Source: Nitrosopumilaceae archaeon (GTDB lineage: Archaea > Thermoproteota > Nitrososphaeria > Nitrososphaerales > Nitrosopumilaceae). Taken from it: a DNA stretch of 64,000 nucleotides. The translations under genes and the position numbers were made by a program. The notes under the pieces were generated by a model. It was not told the DNA's origin. It saw only the letters and a program-made list of their open reading frames with translations, and ran no database searches. Positions 21,875 through 32,053 of the stretch are shown piece after piece. The stretch lies in contig CBDCCK010000002.1 in assembly GCA_965214835.1 (NCBI GenBank), positions 2,720,001-2,784,000 of the forward strand, in the 5' to 3' direction. Each line of letters opens with the position of its first letter. The stretch's first letter is position 1.

Positions 21875-23394
21875 GTATGAGGTCACGTTCCTAAACCAGT
21901 TTCATGACCTCGTCTGCTACGGATCTGCCCCTTGCCCTCCATGTCAGTATGCACGTCATAAACTGCGACCACCTCCTCATCCAGAGTTCCCCTCCCTTGA
22001 TCTGCCCGCTTATCTTGCGGAAGACGACGGCGTAACGGAGGGCACGCTCTGCGGCGTTGTTTGTGGGATGCACGTTGTCGTGCTCCAGGAACGTAAACAG
22101 GTGCGGCAGCGAGCTTGTCAGTCTGCGCAGTACCGGGCCCAGGACGGGGTCGTCCGTGCTTTCCCGGTACCCGAACAGTATGTTGCGCAGCCAGGACTCG
22201 AACCTTCTGCGCAGATCCTTGCCCCTGTCCTTCCTCCTTGCCCTGACGGCGCTGCGGTACAGCTGCCGAAGCTGCTCGTACAGTATTCCCGCAAACAGCG
22301 GGGCGCCCTGCTTTTGCGCCGCGTATTTTGATACGCGCAGCTCGTGCGACCAGCACAGCTGGTGTCTGTCCTCCCCGTTGAACCTGTCATACACCGAATA
22401 TTTGTCAGATGTCACTATTCCGCCATACTTGTCCATGTGCCTGTCCAGGAACAGTGCGCCTCTGCTCGTATTGTACTCGACAAACACGCCGTTGTCCGTC
22501 TCGGCAGTCCATGTCCATATGCGGCTGCCGTTCATGCTGGCCGCAGTCTCGTCTATTCTGACGTTGGATGATCTCTTGATGCCGCCCAGGATCGCGCCTG
22601 ACGGCTTTTGCATAGAGTCGCATACCCCTCCGATCATGTTGATTACGGTCGATTTGGCGATGCTCCTGCCGGTAAAATCCTTGAGTGTGTCTGCCACGGA
22701 CTGCAGCGGCATGTGCCTTGCGCGCAAGGCAGACACAAGGGAGATCATGTGCTTGCCGTACCTGCCCCTCCTTGGGAGTCCGTCGTCTGCTGATATCATA
22801 ATGCCGCACAGTCTGCATGTGGCACGCTCGGTTATGTGCCGCGTCTCTGTCATCCTGACCGGTTCAAAGTCGATGATGTCCCGTATCAGGGCAGTTATGT
22901 CCATGGCCCTCCCGCACATGCACACCGGCGAGCACGTCCCGTCGTTGTCCTGGAACGTGTGAAGCACCGTCTTCTGTGGGTCGTGTCTTCTGGATGTCCC
23001 CTTGTGGCCCCTCTGGCCTCCCGGCTTTTTGCCGGTGCCACTGTTGCTACCGTTGCCACGGTTACTGGCCCTCTCCCTTTTCCGCTGCGCCTTTTGCCTC
23101 TTGTACTCTAGTGATTCTGCAGACGGTGGCGAGTTCTCGTTCTCGTAGTACCGGAGCCGCCTGTTCTGCTCCTCGATTGTCCTGTCCTTCTCCTTCATCA
23201 TCCTGCACATTGCCTTTTGGTTATTTTCTAGCGTGCTTATTCTGTCTGTGAATGATACGATTGTGGCCTCTAGTTCGCGGTATGTGGGTCGACGGCCTTT
23301 CATGTTGATGCTATGCAGGCATCGTATTTGATCAGCATGATCGCAATATGTTAAACAGGTTGTCAAAACACGTCAAAACTAGGTGACCTCGTAC
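21875..23394 (-). mobile_element. IS66-family element (transposase 21891-23366), probable partner of the 93-bp MITEs
   Basis: TIR GTATGAGGTCAC / GTGACCTCGTAC; KKPGGQRGH, IDET, HQLCWSHE, TNNAAERALR; no TSD visible. Confidence 0.92.
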
Positions 23395-23430
23395 GAAAAA
23401 AATAGTGAAAATGTAGCTTTTTGTGATAGT

Positions 23431-23484
23431 CAAAAGTTACATTATGACATTTGCGGGCGGCCAAAAGTTACATTATGACATTTG
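23431..23484. repeat. Two perfect 23-bp direct repeats (operator/iteron-like)
   Basis: CAAAAGTTACATTATGACATTTG at 23431-23453 and 23462-23484. Confidence 0.85.
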
Positions 23485-23792
23485 GGAAAAACCCGCCCTT
23501 AAACGAAAAATTACAGATACGGTACGTGGCTGAAAAAAAATACTATAGAAGGGTGCGCAAGCAGGGCAACAGCCTCGTCATCACCGTTCCAAAGGCGCTG
23601 GTAGAGGATCTCGGTATTGACGAGGACCAGATCGTCGAGTTCGTGGCGCTCCCGGACAGGCTGGAGCTGATCCCCGCGCATCCGGCAGACACCCCGGAGA
23701 AGGGCAGGACAAAGTACGACAGGGTTCTGGACGACATGATGGAAAAGGCGGATCTGCCTGCAGACAAGCTGAAAAAACTCCACATCAAATGA
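23451..23792 (+). CDS. AbrB/MazE/SpoVT-type DNA-binding protein (true start probably GTG near 23526)
   Basis: RRVRKQGNSLVITVPKALVEDLGI motif. Confidence 0.85.
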   Translation: MRAAKSYIMTFGKNPPLNEKLQIRYVAEKKYYRRVRKQGNSLVITVPKALVEDLGIDEDQIVEFVALPDRLELIPAHPADTPEKGRTKYDRVLDDMMEKADLPADKLKKLHIK

Positions 23793-26700
23793 CGCCTGCC
23801 ATCACGCCGCGCCTCTCTTTTTCGTCAAGGCCGGCGAGGATCTCGTGGACCTTTGGGTTCTTTGACCACACGTGACACTGCTCGAATCCGAGCTTCCTCC
23901 ACTTTGTCATGTTGTATCTCACATGCTCCGGATGGCTCCGGACCTCCGATATGGACTCTATCTCTATGCTTATCGGCGTCCTGTTGGTATAGTCATAAGC
24001 AACAAGGTCGGTCCTGTCGGTGCCCTTTCTGATCCTCTGGGATGCAGGCGTCACGAACATCCCCTTTTTGATGTACGACTCGAAGACCTTCTGCGTGAAC
24101 TCCTCTATCTCCTGGGCCGAGCCGATCTCGGCAAAACTCGGCTCAAAGTATGCGGATCGGGAGTCTCCGGTCAGCTCGTACGCTGACAGCCGGTTCTCCG
24201 GATCCGTCTTTGTTATGACCCCGCGGGCCACCATGGCCTTGAGAACCTCGAGTACCTCGGACCTGTTGGAGACCCAGAGGTTTGAGACCATCTCGACCTG
24301 CTGCATGGGCCGCCCCCGCAGCATCAGCATTATCTGCCACTCCATGTGTGCAGGGAACCTGACAGATATGCTCTCAAGCCACTTGTTCCTGTTTGCCGCC
24401 GTCTGCCTGACTATGGTATCCTCCACGGTTCCAGCGCCGTATCTAGCAAGCTGCCCGGAGACGAACCGCTCGTACTGACTGCCGCCAGTCAGAAGTTCAG
24501 GAGGCATGTTGAGCCAGAACTGTATGGGCGGCGGCTGCTCCTGTCCCGGCGGCGCCTTTTCGCGCACCGTCCAGTGAAAGTACTCCTGACTTGCAAACTG
24601 CTGCATGAGCTCCTTTTGGAACTGCGGATCCCATATCTGCGCTATCCTTGAGGCGTCCCTGCCGTTGACCTTGCCAGTCAGCTGCGTGCCCGAGTTTCCC
24701 GTGATGAGTCCAAGCTGCCTGTCGCTTATCTGCTCGGTCGTCTGGTGTGACAGTATCAGCCCCAGCCCCAGCGAGCGGGCCTGCTCCAGCATCAGCTGAA
24801 GCACCTGCAGGTCCTTTACTATCTGGAACTCGTCGAGAGCCAGAACCACCTGCGTCCTGTCCCCCTCATCTGGTACCCTGTTTGCGCGCTCCTGTATCGT
24901 AAACCACAGCTTCAGTATGAATGCCTGCATGGCAAGCGGTTGGACGTGGTGCGGCATGTTCAGCGGCGATATCCTGACTACGGTATACCTGCCCGCCTTT
25001 ATTATCTCCTCAAAGTCGACGGTTCCGTGCCTTACGGCAAACATCCGCTTCAGGACGGGATCGGTTGCAAACTGCTCTATCCTATTGAGTAGTGGAGTAA
25101 ACGCGTCGCCCTTGAGCGTGGAGATGCCCTTGAGCGCCTGCTCCATCTCGGGATCCGGGTCGCCGAAGGTCTGTATTATCTGCGGCAGGGCGCCGTTTCC
25201 GCCGTCCTGCAGCCTCAGTATTATGTCGTGTATGTCAAGGAAGGTGGGCGCATCATGCTTCATGTAGATATAGAACAGCAGGGCGCGAAATATCCTCTCC
25301 ATCTGCACAAAGCTGGTCGACTGCTGGTACCACTCCTCTATCGTCTTCATGAAATAGCCGACATACCGTGACACCACCTCCTGGCGCTCGCCGGGGTCAT
25401 GCGCTGGCAGCTCAAGGGGGTTGATCGAGAATCTCGTCTGCTGCGGGTCAAGAAAGTGTATCCTGCCGCCCTTCATGGTGGCCTCCTCGCACTGCTTGAC
25501 GAATTTGTGGGAGTCGTCCCCCTTGGGGTCTACATACACAAAGGCGTTGGGAAACTCCCCGGAGTTGTTCCATGCCTCCAGAGAAGCAATCCGTAATTAA
25601 ATTACGAGTGGCAGGTTGCAGTTGTTTTCTGCCGTGTTTTTCAGGCCACAGCAGCTATCCGTTCCAGTATCCTCAGGTTGACCAGCCCGCACACGATACT
25701 GTTGGCCAGATCGTACTTTCTGAGCCTGTTTCTGTACTTGTAGCTCATTATCTTGAATGTCTTGACCCTGCGTATGCCATTCTCCACGTACACCCGTATC
25801 TTTGAGTGTGTTCTGTTGTACTCTTTTTCATCGTCGGTCAGCTTGCCGCCAGGACTCTTCTTGATTGGAAGTATAACCTTCGTCCCTGCATCGATGTGCT
25901 GCGCACCCTGGTATCCGCGATCCATATAGTGCCGCAGCTCCTCGCCGTCCTCCTCACCGCTCCAGAACGTGGGGTGCTTCATCTGGTATATCTTGACGTC
26001 GTTTACGCGCCCCGGCGAGTGCGGGGTCTTGTGCACTATGGCACCGTGTATGTTGACCGTATACTGGACCTTGGCCGTGTGCGTGCCTGCCTTGCCCGAA
26101 TAGTGCGACTTTTCCATGTCCTTTCTCTTGGGCCTGTTTGTGGGCTGCTCGGAGGCGTCAGTCAGGCACACCATCCCCGGGAAGATCTCGGCCAGCTCCT
26201 CGACTGAGGAGATCCTCTTGGAGTCCTTGTAGATCTTCTCGGGGATCGGCAGGCATTGTTTTAGCAGGGGCTCAGTCAGGCTTATGGAGCGCGAGACCGA
26301 CGCCTGTCCTATACCGAACATGGCGCCAGCCACGTCCTGGGAGACGTACGTCCTGTAGTAGAACAAGACCAGCAGTACGCGGTTCCTCAGATCCAGGGCA
26401 AAGGGCCTGCCTGCGCCTATATCCCGCACACGGTCGGGCCTTGAGAGCCTCTTCTTCTCGGTATCTGGAAATTTCTTTTGCACCTCGGTACACAGCTGGT
26501 CAAACTCTGCCTCGGTCATTCCTGCAAACATCCGGAACGTCCGTGGGTTTTTTGTCAGTCTATCGATCAAACACATGATTTGTACATGGTTTTACAGGTA
26601 TTTTGATCCGTCAGGCATAGATTAGTGCCCAAGTGGGTCAAAATCTGCTAATTAAGAATCGCTTCTCAGGTGCTTTGCAAGGATCCGGATAAGCGAGGTC

Positions 26701-27995
26701 TTGCCGGAGCCGGACGCGCCCACGGCATATATGTGGTTGGCAAAGTCAGTGGTCGATATTACCGCGGCATCCGCGTCCTTTGACTTGGAGATGCGCCCCC
26801 AGAGCGAGCCCCAGTCAAAGGCGGGATCGTCCCTTGGCTTGAAGAATCCGATGCACGATCCCGCCTTCTCGGAGGGCTTGGCCGGAATCGCCACGCCCCG
26901 CGTGGTGTCTATGTTGGGGGTAGACGGGTTTGGCAGGTGGATAAACAGCGGTATCTCAGACAGATTCAGGATCAGAAACGGCAGCGGCGCCCGCTCCCTG
27001 TATCCTCCGAGCCAGCCCTTCTCAAAGTACCGCGAGGATGCCGCATCCAGGAACGGCCTCGGGTCAGGCAGCAGCCTGGACTCGAAGATCCTGATCCTCT
27101 GATGTTTCCCGTCGTCCCCGTGAATGCGCACCAGGGGCGCCTTTTTGCCCTCCGAGTAGAAGCTGCCGTACCCGTACCGGAACTTTGTGAGGTGCTCGTG
27201 GCCCGAGCGTATGTTCTCAAGCGGCAACGCCTCTATCTCGTCAAAGTGCAGGTCGATGTCCGAGTCGCTCTGCACCAGCCCGCGTATGCTCATCAGCAGG
27301 TGCGCGCTCTGCATCTTGAGCGTGGCGTGCTTTTGCAGCCCGGCATAGTTATTGGCAAAATCATACCCGAGCTCGGGGTGCTCGTGGGGCTGCTTGTCCG
27401 GATGCATCAGTATCTCCGCAGTCGACAGGTACTTGCCGCGCCTTATCTCTATGTTCTTCTCGTCCAGCCTGGTCACGTGCCTGCGCAGAAACGAGTTAAA
27501 GCTGTAGTGCCGGAACGCAAACTGTATCCACGCGTACTTTGAGAGCTGGATGGTGTTTGCGATCTGCGTTATTATCTGGTGTGACTTTGTCTGGTCGAAT
27601 ACTGCCGTATAGTGGCCGTGGTACGTCCCCACGTCAAAGACCTGGTACTCGGATCTTGCGTCAAACCATCCGGGGGTTATACTCTTGAGGTTCTCAAAGG
27701 CCGCGTTGGGGTACATGTTTGCAAAGGCCTGCCGAAAGCTGGAGAGATCCTGCGCCTCGCCTGCCAGGACGAACTGCAACCGCTTTTCTGCCCCGTCCCA
27801 CCAGATCTCAAAGCTGCGTATGCCGGCGCTTGCAAGCCCTCCTGCCGACAGGACGGCCTCCTTTTTGTCCATGGCTACCGGGACCATTACAGAACACGCA
27901 GACATCCTGCCGGGTGCCGGAAGGAACTTTTTTACTTTGTCCAGCTGTCCCTTTTGCTTTTTTGCGTTTGCAAGACGCCATCGCCTCGAACCCAA
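23785..27995 (-). pseudogene. virD4: VirD4/TraG-like coupling ATPase (about 1040 aa reconstructed), split by an IS5-type element
   Basis: Walker A GASGSGKT, VDPKGD, Walker B LALDEFQ, ARSLGLGLILSHQ; removing the IS and one CAG restores the frame AKHL-EAWNNSGEFPNAFVYVDPKG. Confidence 0.85.
25582..26666 (-). mobile_element. IS5-family (ISL2-like) element, transposase 25641-26576
   Basis: Imperfect TIR AGAAGCAATCCGTAATTA / TAATTAAGAATCGCTTCT, 3-bp TSD CAG; DASEQ, YSGK, MDRGYQG, RVYVENGI. Confidence 0.9.
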
Positions 27996-28228
27996 GCCCT
28001 CAAAAAATACCGCGGTATTATATAAGGCGGCATCGCCCCCGTTTTTGCATCATGCCAATTCTGCGCGTTCATAGCGTGCACATCAAAAAATGAATCATGA
28101 TTTTGACATGCGGCGCCTGTTTTGACACAAATGTTTGATTTTCAGCTGTGTGCACTGCCTGTGGCATGCTGCATAATCCGGCACGCAGTCTACGCGCTCT
28201 GCAAAAAAAAATATCGTGTGGTTCCGGC

Positions 28229-29059
28229 TCAGGCCGCCATCTTGTACAGACCCCGGGCGTTGCTCATCACGGGATCGTCCGGAATCATGACCTTGAACTT
28301 CTTGAGCCCCGACAGCAGTATGTCGTTCATTCCGGGAATCAGCAGCCCGCCCCCGGACAGCGCTACTGGGTACCTGTCGTCATAGTTTTCTGACACCTCG
28401 CAGATCTCGCGGACGAGGTTCTCTGCCATTATCTTGGAGTACGACTTGCACACGTCCTGGTTCCTGACCAATCTGGGTATGTCCAGGTGCGCAAACTTGC
28501 CGATCTTCTTTGTGACAAAGCCAGACGCCCACCCGGAGCTCTCCCCGTCGATGACCTCCAGGTCGTCTATTACTATAATCTCGGTGGTGCCCTGCCCGAT
28601 CGACACCACGATGCCGCTCTCCCGGCCGAGATCCACCAGGGTGCCCGATGCCTGCGCCACAACAATGCACTTTTCTGCGCCCAGCGTCTTCTTGACCAGC
28701 CTGACCATGGGATCCCGGTAGTCAAATGCGTGGTACGGCAGGCCTACTGCTGCCCGGACGGCCTTGTCCTCCCCTGCAGGAATCTTTGCAAGCTTGCGAA
28801 GCTGGGTCATCGTCTCCTTGAGGAGCATCTCGACCTGCCTCTGGTACCTCTGGTCGGGCCTTCCCCTGCGGATGGGGCTTATGGCAGACGTCCCCATCGT
28901 GGATATAACGGCCTGCGCCTTTTCTCCGACCATCTCGGAGTCCTTGCTTGTCCAGTGTCCGTGGACGCGCTTTACGTATACTGACGGAAAGCGCACAGAG
29001 CCGTAGTTTGAGACACACTTTACGAATCCGGTTCCGATGTCAAGTCCTATCTTCAGCAT
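28229..29059 (-). CDS. Actin-fold ATPase (ParM/MreB-like)
   Basis: Phosphate-1 GLDIGTGFVK, phosphate-2 SIGQGTTE, adenosine LSGGG, NARG; true start ATG 29059 (the ORF-track extension overlaps the tRNA). Confidence 0.85.
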   Translation of the reverse strand: MLKIGLDIGTGFVKCVSNYGSVRFPSVYVKRVHGHWTSKDSEMVGEKAQAVISTMGTSAISPIRRGRPDQRYQRQVEMLLKETMTQLRKLAKIPAGEDKAVRAAVGLPYHAFDYRDPMVRLVKKTLGAEKCIVVAQASGTLVDLGRESGIVVSIGQGTTEIIVIDDLEVIDGESSGWASGFVTKKIGKFAHLDIPRLVRNQDVCKSYSKIMAENLVREICEVSENYDDRYPVALSGGGLLIPGMNDILLSGLKKFKVMIPDDPVMSNARGLYKMAA

Positions 29060-29119
29060 GCAATACAAGGCATCAGAGCAATTTAAGGGGCAGATGGCCT
29101 GCGTTTGGAATCCAGAGTG

Positions 29120-29192
29120 TGGACGGGCCGGGATTTGAACCCGGGCATCTTGGGTGACAACCAAGCACATTACCAGGCTATGCTACCCGCCC
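29120..29192 (-). tRNA. Non-canonical tRNA: anticodon GUC (Asp) on an Ala-type acceptor (G3:U70, A73)
   Basis: GGGCGGG TA GCAT AGCCTGGTA ATGT G CTTGG TTGTCAC CCAAG ATGC CCGGG TTCAAAT CCCGG CCCGTCC A; complete 73-nt cloverleaf. Confidence 0.92.
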
Positions 29193-29223
29193 ACAAGGTT
29201 TAATTGATGAGATATCCTATAAT
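29193..29223. promoter_or_regulatory. Putative overlapping divergent promoters for the tRNA and its antisense RNA
   Basis: ATTATAGGAT-N10-TTAAACCTTGT (tRNA sense), conserved with identical spacing at 36678-36708; TATA-like boxes on both strands. Confidence 0.65.
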
Positions 29224-29224
29224 T

Positions 29225-29272
29225 GTTAGGTGACAACCAAGTGCGCTAGCCATACTATGCTAGCCTTTTTTT
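29225..29272 (+). ncRNA. Predicted antisense RNA to the GUC tRNA
   Basis: GTTAGGTGACAACCAAGTGC-GCTAGC-CATACTAT-GCTAGC-C-T7; complementary to the anticodon and D arms; hairpin plus poly-T end. Confidence 0.7.
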
Positions 29273-29457
29273 CAAGTTTGGGAAAAACTGGCCGGAACGT
29301 CCAGACGGCATCATCGCCGCTTTTCCAAAAACCGCGGATCGGCGGATGGTCGTAGTAGTCTTGTTGTTGTCGCTCTTCCGGACTGCACCCAAGAACAGTG
29401 GGCCGCATTACCGAAAGACGCAACGACCAGAAAAACAAAAAAGGGATTTAAGGGAAC

Positions 29458-29625
29458 TCAGACTGTAAACAGGCCCCGCTTGAACTCTTCCGTGTCGCGT
29501 ATCATCCCGCAGTCCCTGCAGCACTGCCAGGAGCGGTGCCTTAGCAGCCTCAGCGGGGCGTCATAACTTACAGAATGCATCGCGCCGCCGCATCTGGGGC
29601 ATTTCAGTGGAATCCTGACTATCAC
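29458..29625 (-). CDS. 55-aa zinc-ribbon protein (below the ORF-track cutoff)
   Basis: Manual translation MIVRIPLKCPRCGGAMHSVSYDAPLRLLRHRSWQCCRDCGMIRDTEEFKRGLFTV. Confidence 0.65.
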   Translation of the reverse strand: MIVRIPLKCPRCGGAMHSVSYDAPLRLLRHRSWQCCRDCGMIRDTEEFKRGLFTV

Positions 29626-29652
29626 GGTTTCAAACTGGACATACGATAAAAG

Positions 29653-30309
29653 TCAGGAAAAAACCGTCATGGCAACGGCGACAACAAAACCCAAGACCAC
29701 CGCTGCCGCCATGAACGGAAATGCGGGCATCGCCCACGTCACAAACACGCCGCGGCGCGTCTCGTACTCCGAATCCGGATCAGGCGTTCTGAGGTCGATC
29801 GTCTTCTGTCCGGACTTTGACTTTTCCGCACAGAACGTAAACCGCTCATGCTGCCGCCTCCTGTGTACCGAATAAAACGCCGCGGCCTTGACGTGCCATG
29901 GCGCATCCATTCCAACAAAGAGCCTCCGGCGGTACGCATCCTCCAGGTTGTACCGCAGGTTGTAAAGCAGCGCGGCCACGTGCTCCAGTACCAGGCCCCC
30001 GAGGAACATTACGGCGGGATTCATCACTCCAAACGACACGGGACACACCACACAGCTGGATAGTATGGCAAGCACGTCGGCCTCGCCCATCGGAAAAAAC
30101 CTCCATGCCAGGAGGGCCATGGCCCCGCCTGTCCCCATCGAGAACAGCACGAAATAGTCCACGGTACTCCAGTCAAAAATATACAGTGCGGCGCCTGCGA
30201 CCCCTCCCACTATCCAGATGTAATCGGGAATCTCCCGCGTCCGGACATCGTGATACGAGGCGGCCCCCAGCATTGCAAGCAGCATGGCAAGGCGCAGCAT
30301 CTCCAGCAT
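29653..30309 (-). CDS. Prepilin peptidase (A24, FlaK/PibD-like)
   Basis: ASYHDVRTREIPD and MGEAD aspartyl motifs, VTWAMPAFPF. Confidence 0.88.
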   Translation of the reverse strand: MLEMLRLAMLLAMLGAASYHDVRTREIPDYIWIVGGVAGAALYIFDWSTVDYFVLFSMGTGGAMALLAWRFFPMGEADVLAILSSCVVCPVSFGVMNPAVMFLGGLVLEHVAALLYNLRYNLEDAYRRRLFVGMDAPWHVKAAAFYSVHRRRQHERFTFCAEKSKSGQKTIDLRTPDPDSEYETRRGVFVTWAMPAFPFMAAAVVLGFVVAVAMTVFS

Positions 30310-30393
30310 ACACGCAAACTGTAGGCGGCATAAAAGCGGCCTGTATCCGGACGGATGATCCGGCCTGTGCGGGTAAGGCGCCTGCCCGCCCGT

Positions 30394-30942
30394 CTAAAGC
30401 CCGCATATCAGGTCGTGCAGCTCGCGTATCACGGCATCGTGCCGTCCAAGCCGCTTTATCGTGGGCTTTCTGAGCGCGATTATCTGCCTGCCGACGTGTG
30501 TCGCAAACCCGCTGCGGCACATCCTGCTCGTCGTGTTCCGTATTGACTTTCTGGAGTATATCCTGGCAAGCTGTTCTGCCAGCTCGTCTGAGGGATAGAG
30601 CAGCCTCGTCCCCTGCGCGGCCTGATACGTATTCACCACATACGCCTCAGTCAGTATGCACATGCACAGAAACGAGACGCCGAGGATGCCGCGCAGGACG
30701 CATATCCTGCCTGTGCGGGTAAGGCAGTACCGCCTGCCGGATGTATCGTCTGCCTTTTCCAAAAGTCCCTTTTTGACCTGCTTTGATACAAAGTCATACA
30801 TGCCGCCTCCGTCGTCTCCGGGCATGTCGCGCGTGCTGAGCTTTTTGTGCGGATAGAACCTGGCCAGCAGCCCCGTCCTCCTGCTGCCTGTCTTTTGCCT
30901 GTTTTTTGCCAGGTGCATCAGCCTGCTGCGCGCATCGGTCAT
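30394..30942 (-). CDS. Putative winged-helix DNA-binding protein
   Basis: KKGLLEK...RRYCLTRTG wing motif; basic. Confidence 0.55.
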   Translation of the reverse strand: MTDARSRLMHLAKNRQKTGSRRTGLLARFYPHKKLSTRDMPGDDGGGMYDFVSKQVKKGLLEKADDTSGRRYCLTRTGRICVLRGILGVSFLCMCILTEAYVVNTYQAAQGTRLLYPSDELAEQLARIYSRKSIRNTTSRMCRSGFATHVGRQIIALRKPTIKRLGRHDAVIRELHDLICGL

Positions 30943-30949
30943 GGCAGCC

Positions 30950-32053
30950 CTACCTTCTGGGCAGCCTGGCAGACGTCACTATTGCGAACCGGGCCCCCTT
31001 CATCTCGGGCCTCTTGAGGGCGGCCCTGAGTTTTTCTACGGAGGAGTACTTGTAGACCGAGAGTTTCTCGTCTTCGGCGCCAAGGAACTTTGAGACGCCG
31101 CGGGGGAGCGCCGATACCGGGGCCCCCTTGTCGCCCACAAGCGAGTACGTCGAGTGCATCTCCGTTGCATCAAAGAGCCGCCCGGTCTTTTTGTGTATGA
31201 CCATGTCGGAGGTGACGTCCTTTCTGGAGATGAATATCAGGTTCGGATCATCGGCGATGAACCTTTCTGCGTTCCTTACGGTCTCCCTGTCCGGCTTTTT
31301 CCTGCCCTCCTCCTCCTTGGACGCTATGCGCTCCTCGGCGGCAACCGTGTACTTCTTCCTTTCAAAGTCGATCAGGAGGGTCTCGACTGCATCCGGCGCG
31401 GGCCATGCGGACTTTGCGGCGGATCTTATCTTGGGTACCGTATACGAGGCGATCTCGGCGGCGGCCGCCTCCTGCTCCCCTGGATCTATCCTTGCGATCT
31501 TTGTGATGTAATACGGGGGAATCACGACGCTGGAAAGGCTGCCCGATACCTGGTCTGCCATGTTCAGGAATACGCCTTTTGCCCCCTCGCCGATGTCCGC
31601 ATGGAGCGCGTTAAGGAGTTCCGGCCGCTTGTCTATCCACAGGATCTCGTCTATTGCGGCCCTCTTGACTCCGGACTTTTCCATAAAGTCGGCCACATAG
31701 TGAAGCCTCAGCGGATCCACGGCCTGTGGGGTGAAGCTCCTGTGGACGTGATCGGTTATCATCTCGACTATGGAGGGGTGGTCGGTTATCACCGCCCGGA
31801 TGGCGCGCATCCCGGCCCTCTTCATTGCGGCGACTGACTCAAATTCGTTCATCACGTACAGCTGCCCGTCCACCCTGCCAAGCAGCACGGGGGGGATCCT
31901 CCCGGGACTGTTCCTGGCAACGCCCGTCAGGATCTCGGTCAGCTTCCTGGACGTGTTGCGTATGTGTACGGGCATGTCCTTGATCCGGGACAGGCTGACC
32001 TCCTCCTCTGCCATGACCTGATCCGGGCTCCGGACGCTCTGCGTGCGCGGCAC
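30950..32053 (-). CDS. Protein with a ParB/Srx-like N-terminal domain
   Basis: PPVLLGRVDGQLYVMN...AAMKRAGMRAIRAVI resembles the ParB N-domain, but the GxxR box is degenerate. Confidence 0.5.
   Translation of the reverse strand: MPRTQSVRSPDQVMAEEEVSLSRIKDMPVHIRNTSRKLTEILTGVARNSPGRIPPVLLGRVDGQLYVMNEFESVAAMKRAGMRAIRAVITDHPSIVEMITDHVHRSFTPQAVDPLRLHYVADFMEKSGVKRAAIDEILWIDKRPELLNALHADIGEGAKGVFLNMADQVSGSLSSVVIPPYYITKIARIDPGEQEAAAAEIASYTVPKIRSAAKSAWPAPDAVETLLIDFERKKYTVAAEERIASKEEEGRKKPDRETVRNAERFIADDPNLIFISRKDVTSDMVIHKKTGRLFDATEMHSTYSLVGDKGAPVSALPRGVSKFLGAEDEKLSVYKYSSVEKLRAALKRPEMKGARFAIVTSARLPRR

Noticed and set aside
23431-23484. CRISPR array
   Set aside because: Only two repeats with an 8-bp gap, and no cas genes in the window.
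29060-29170. N-terminal extension of the actin-like ORF in the ORF track
   Set aside because: It overlaps the tRNA gene; the actin motif begins at ATG 29059.
29120-29192. Ordinary host tRNA-Asp serving as the island integration site
   Set aside because: It has an Ala-type acceptor and A73, sits in the middle of the island, and no distal att copy is visible in the window.
30363-30725. 17-bp direct repeat GCCTGTGCGGGTAAGGC (about 30363 and 30709)
   Set aside because: Two copies only, one inside a coding region; no supporting structure.
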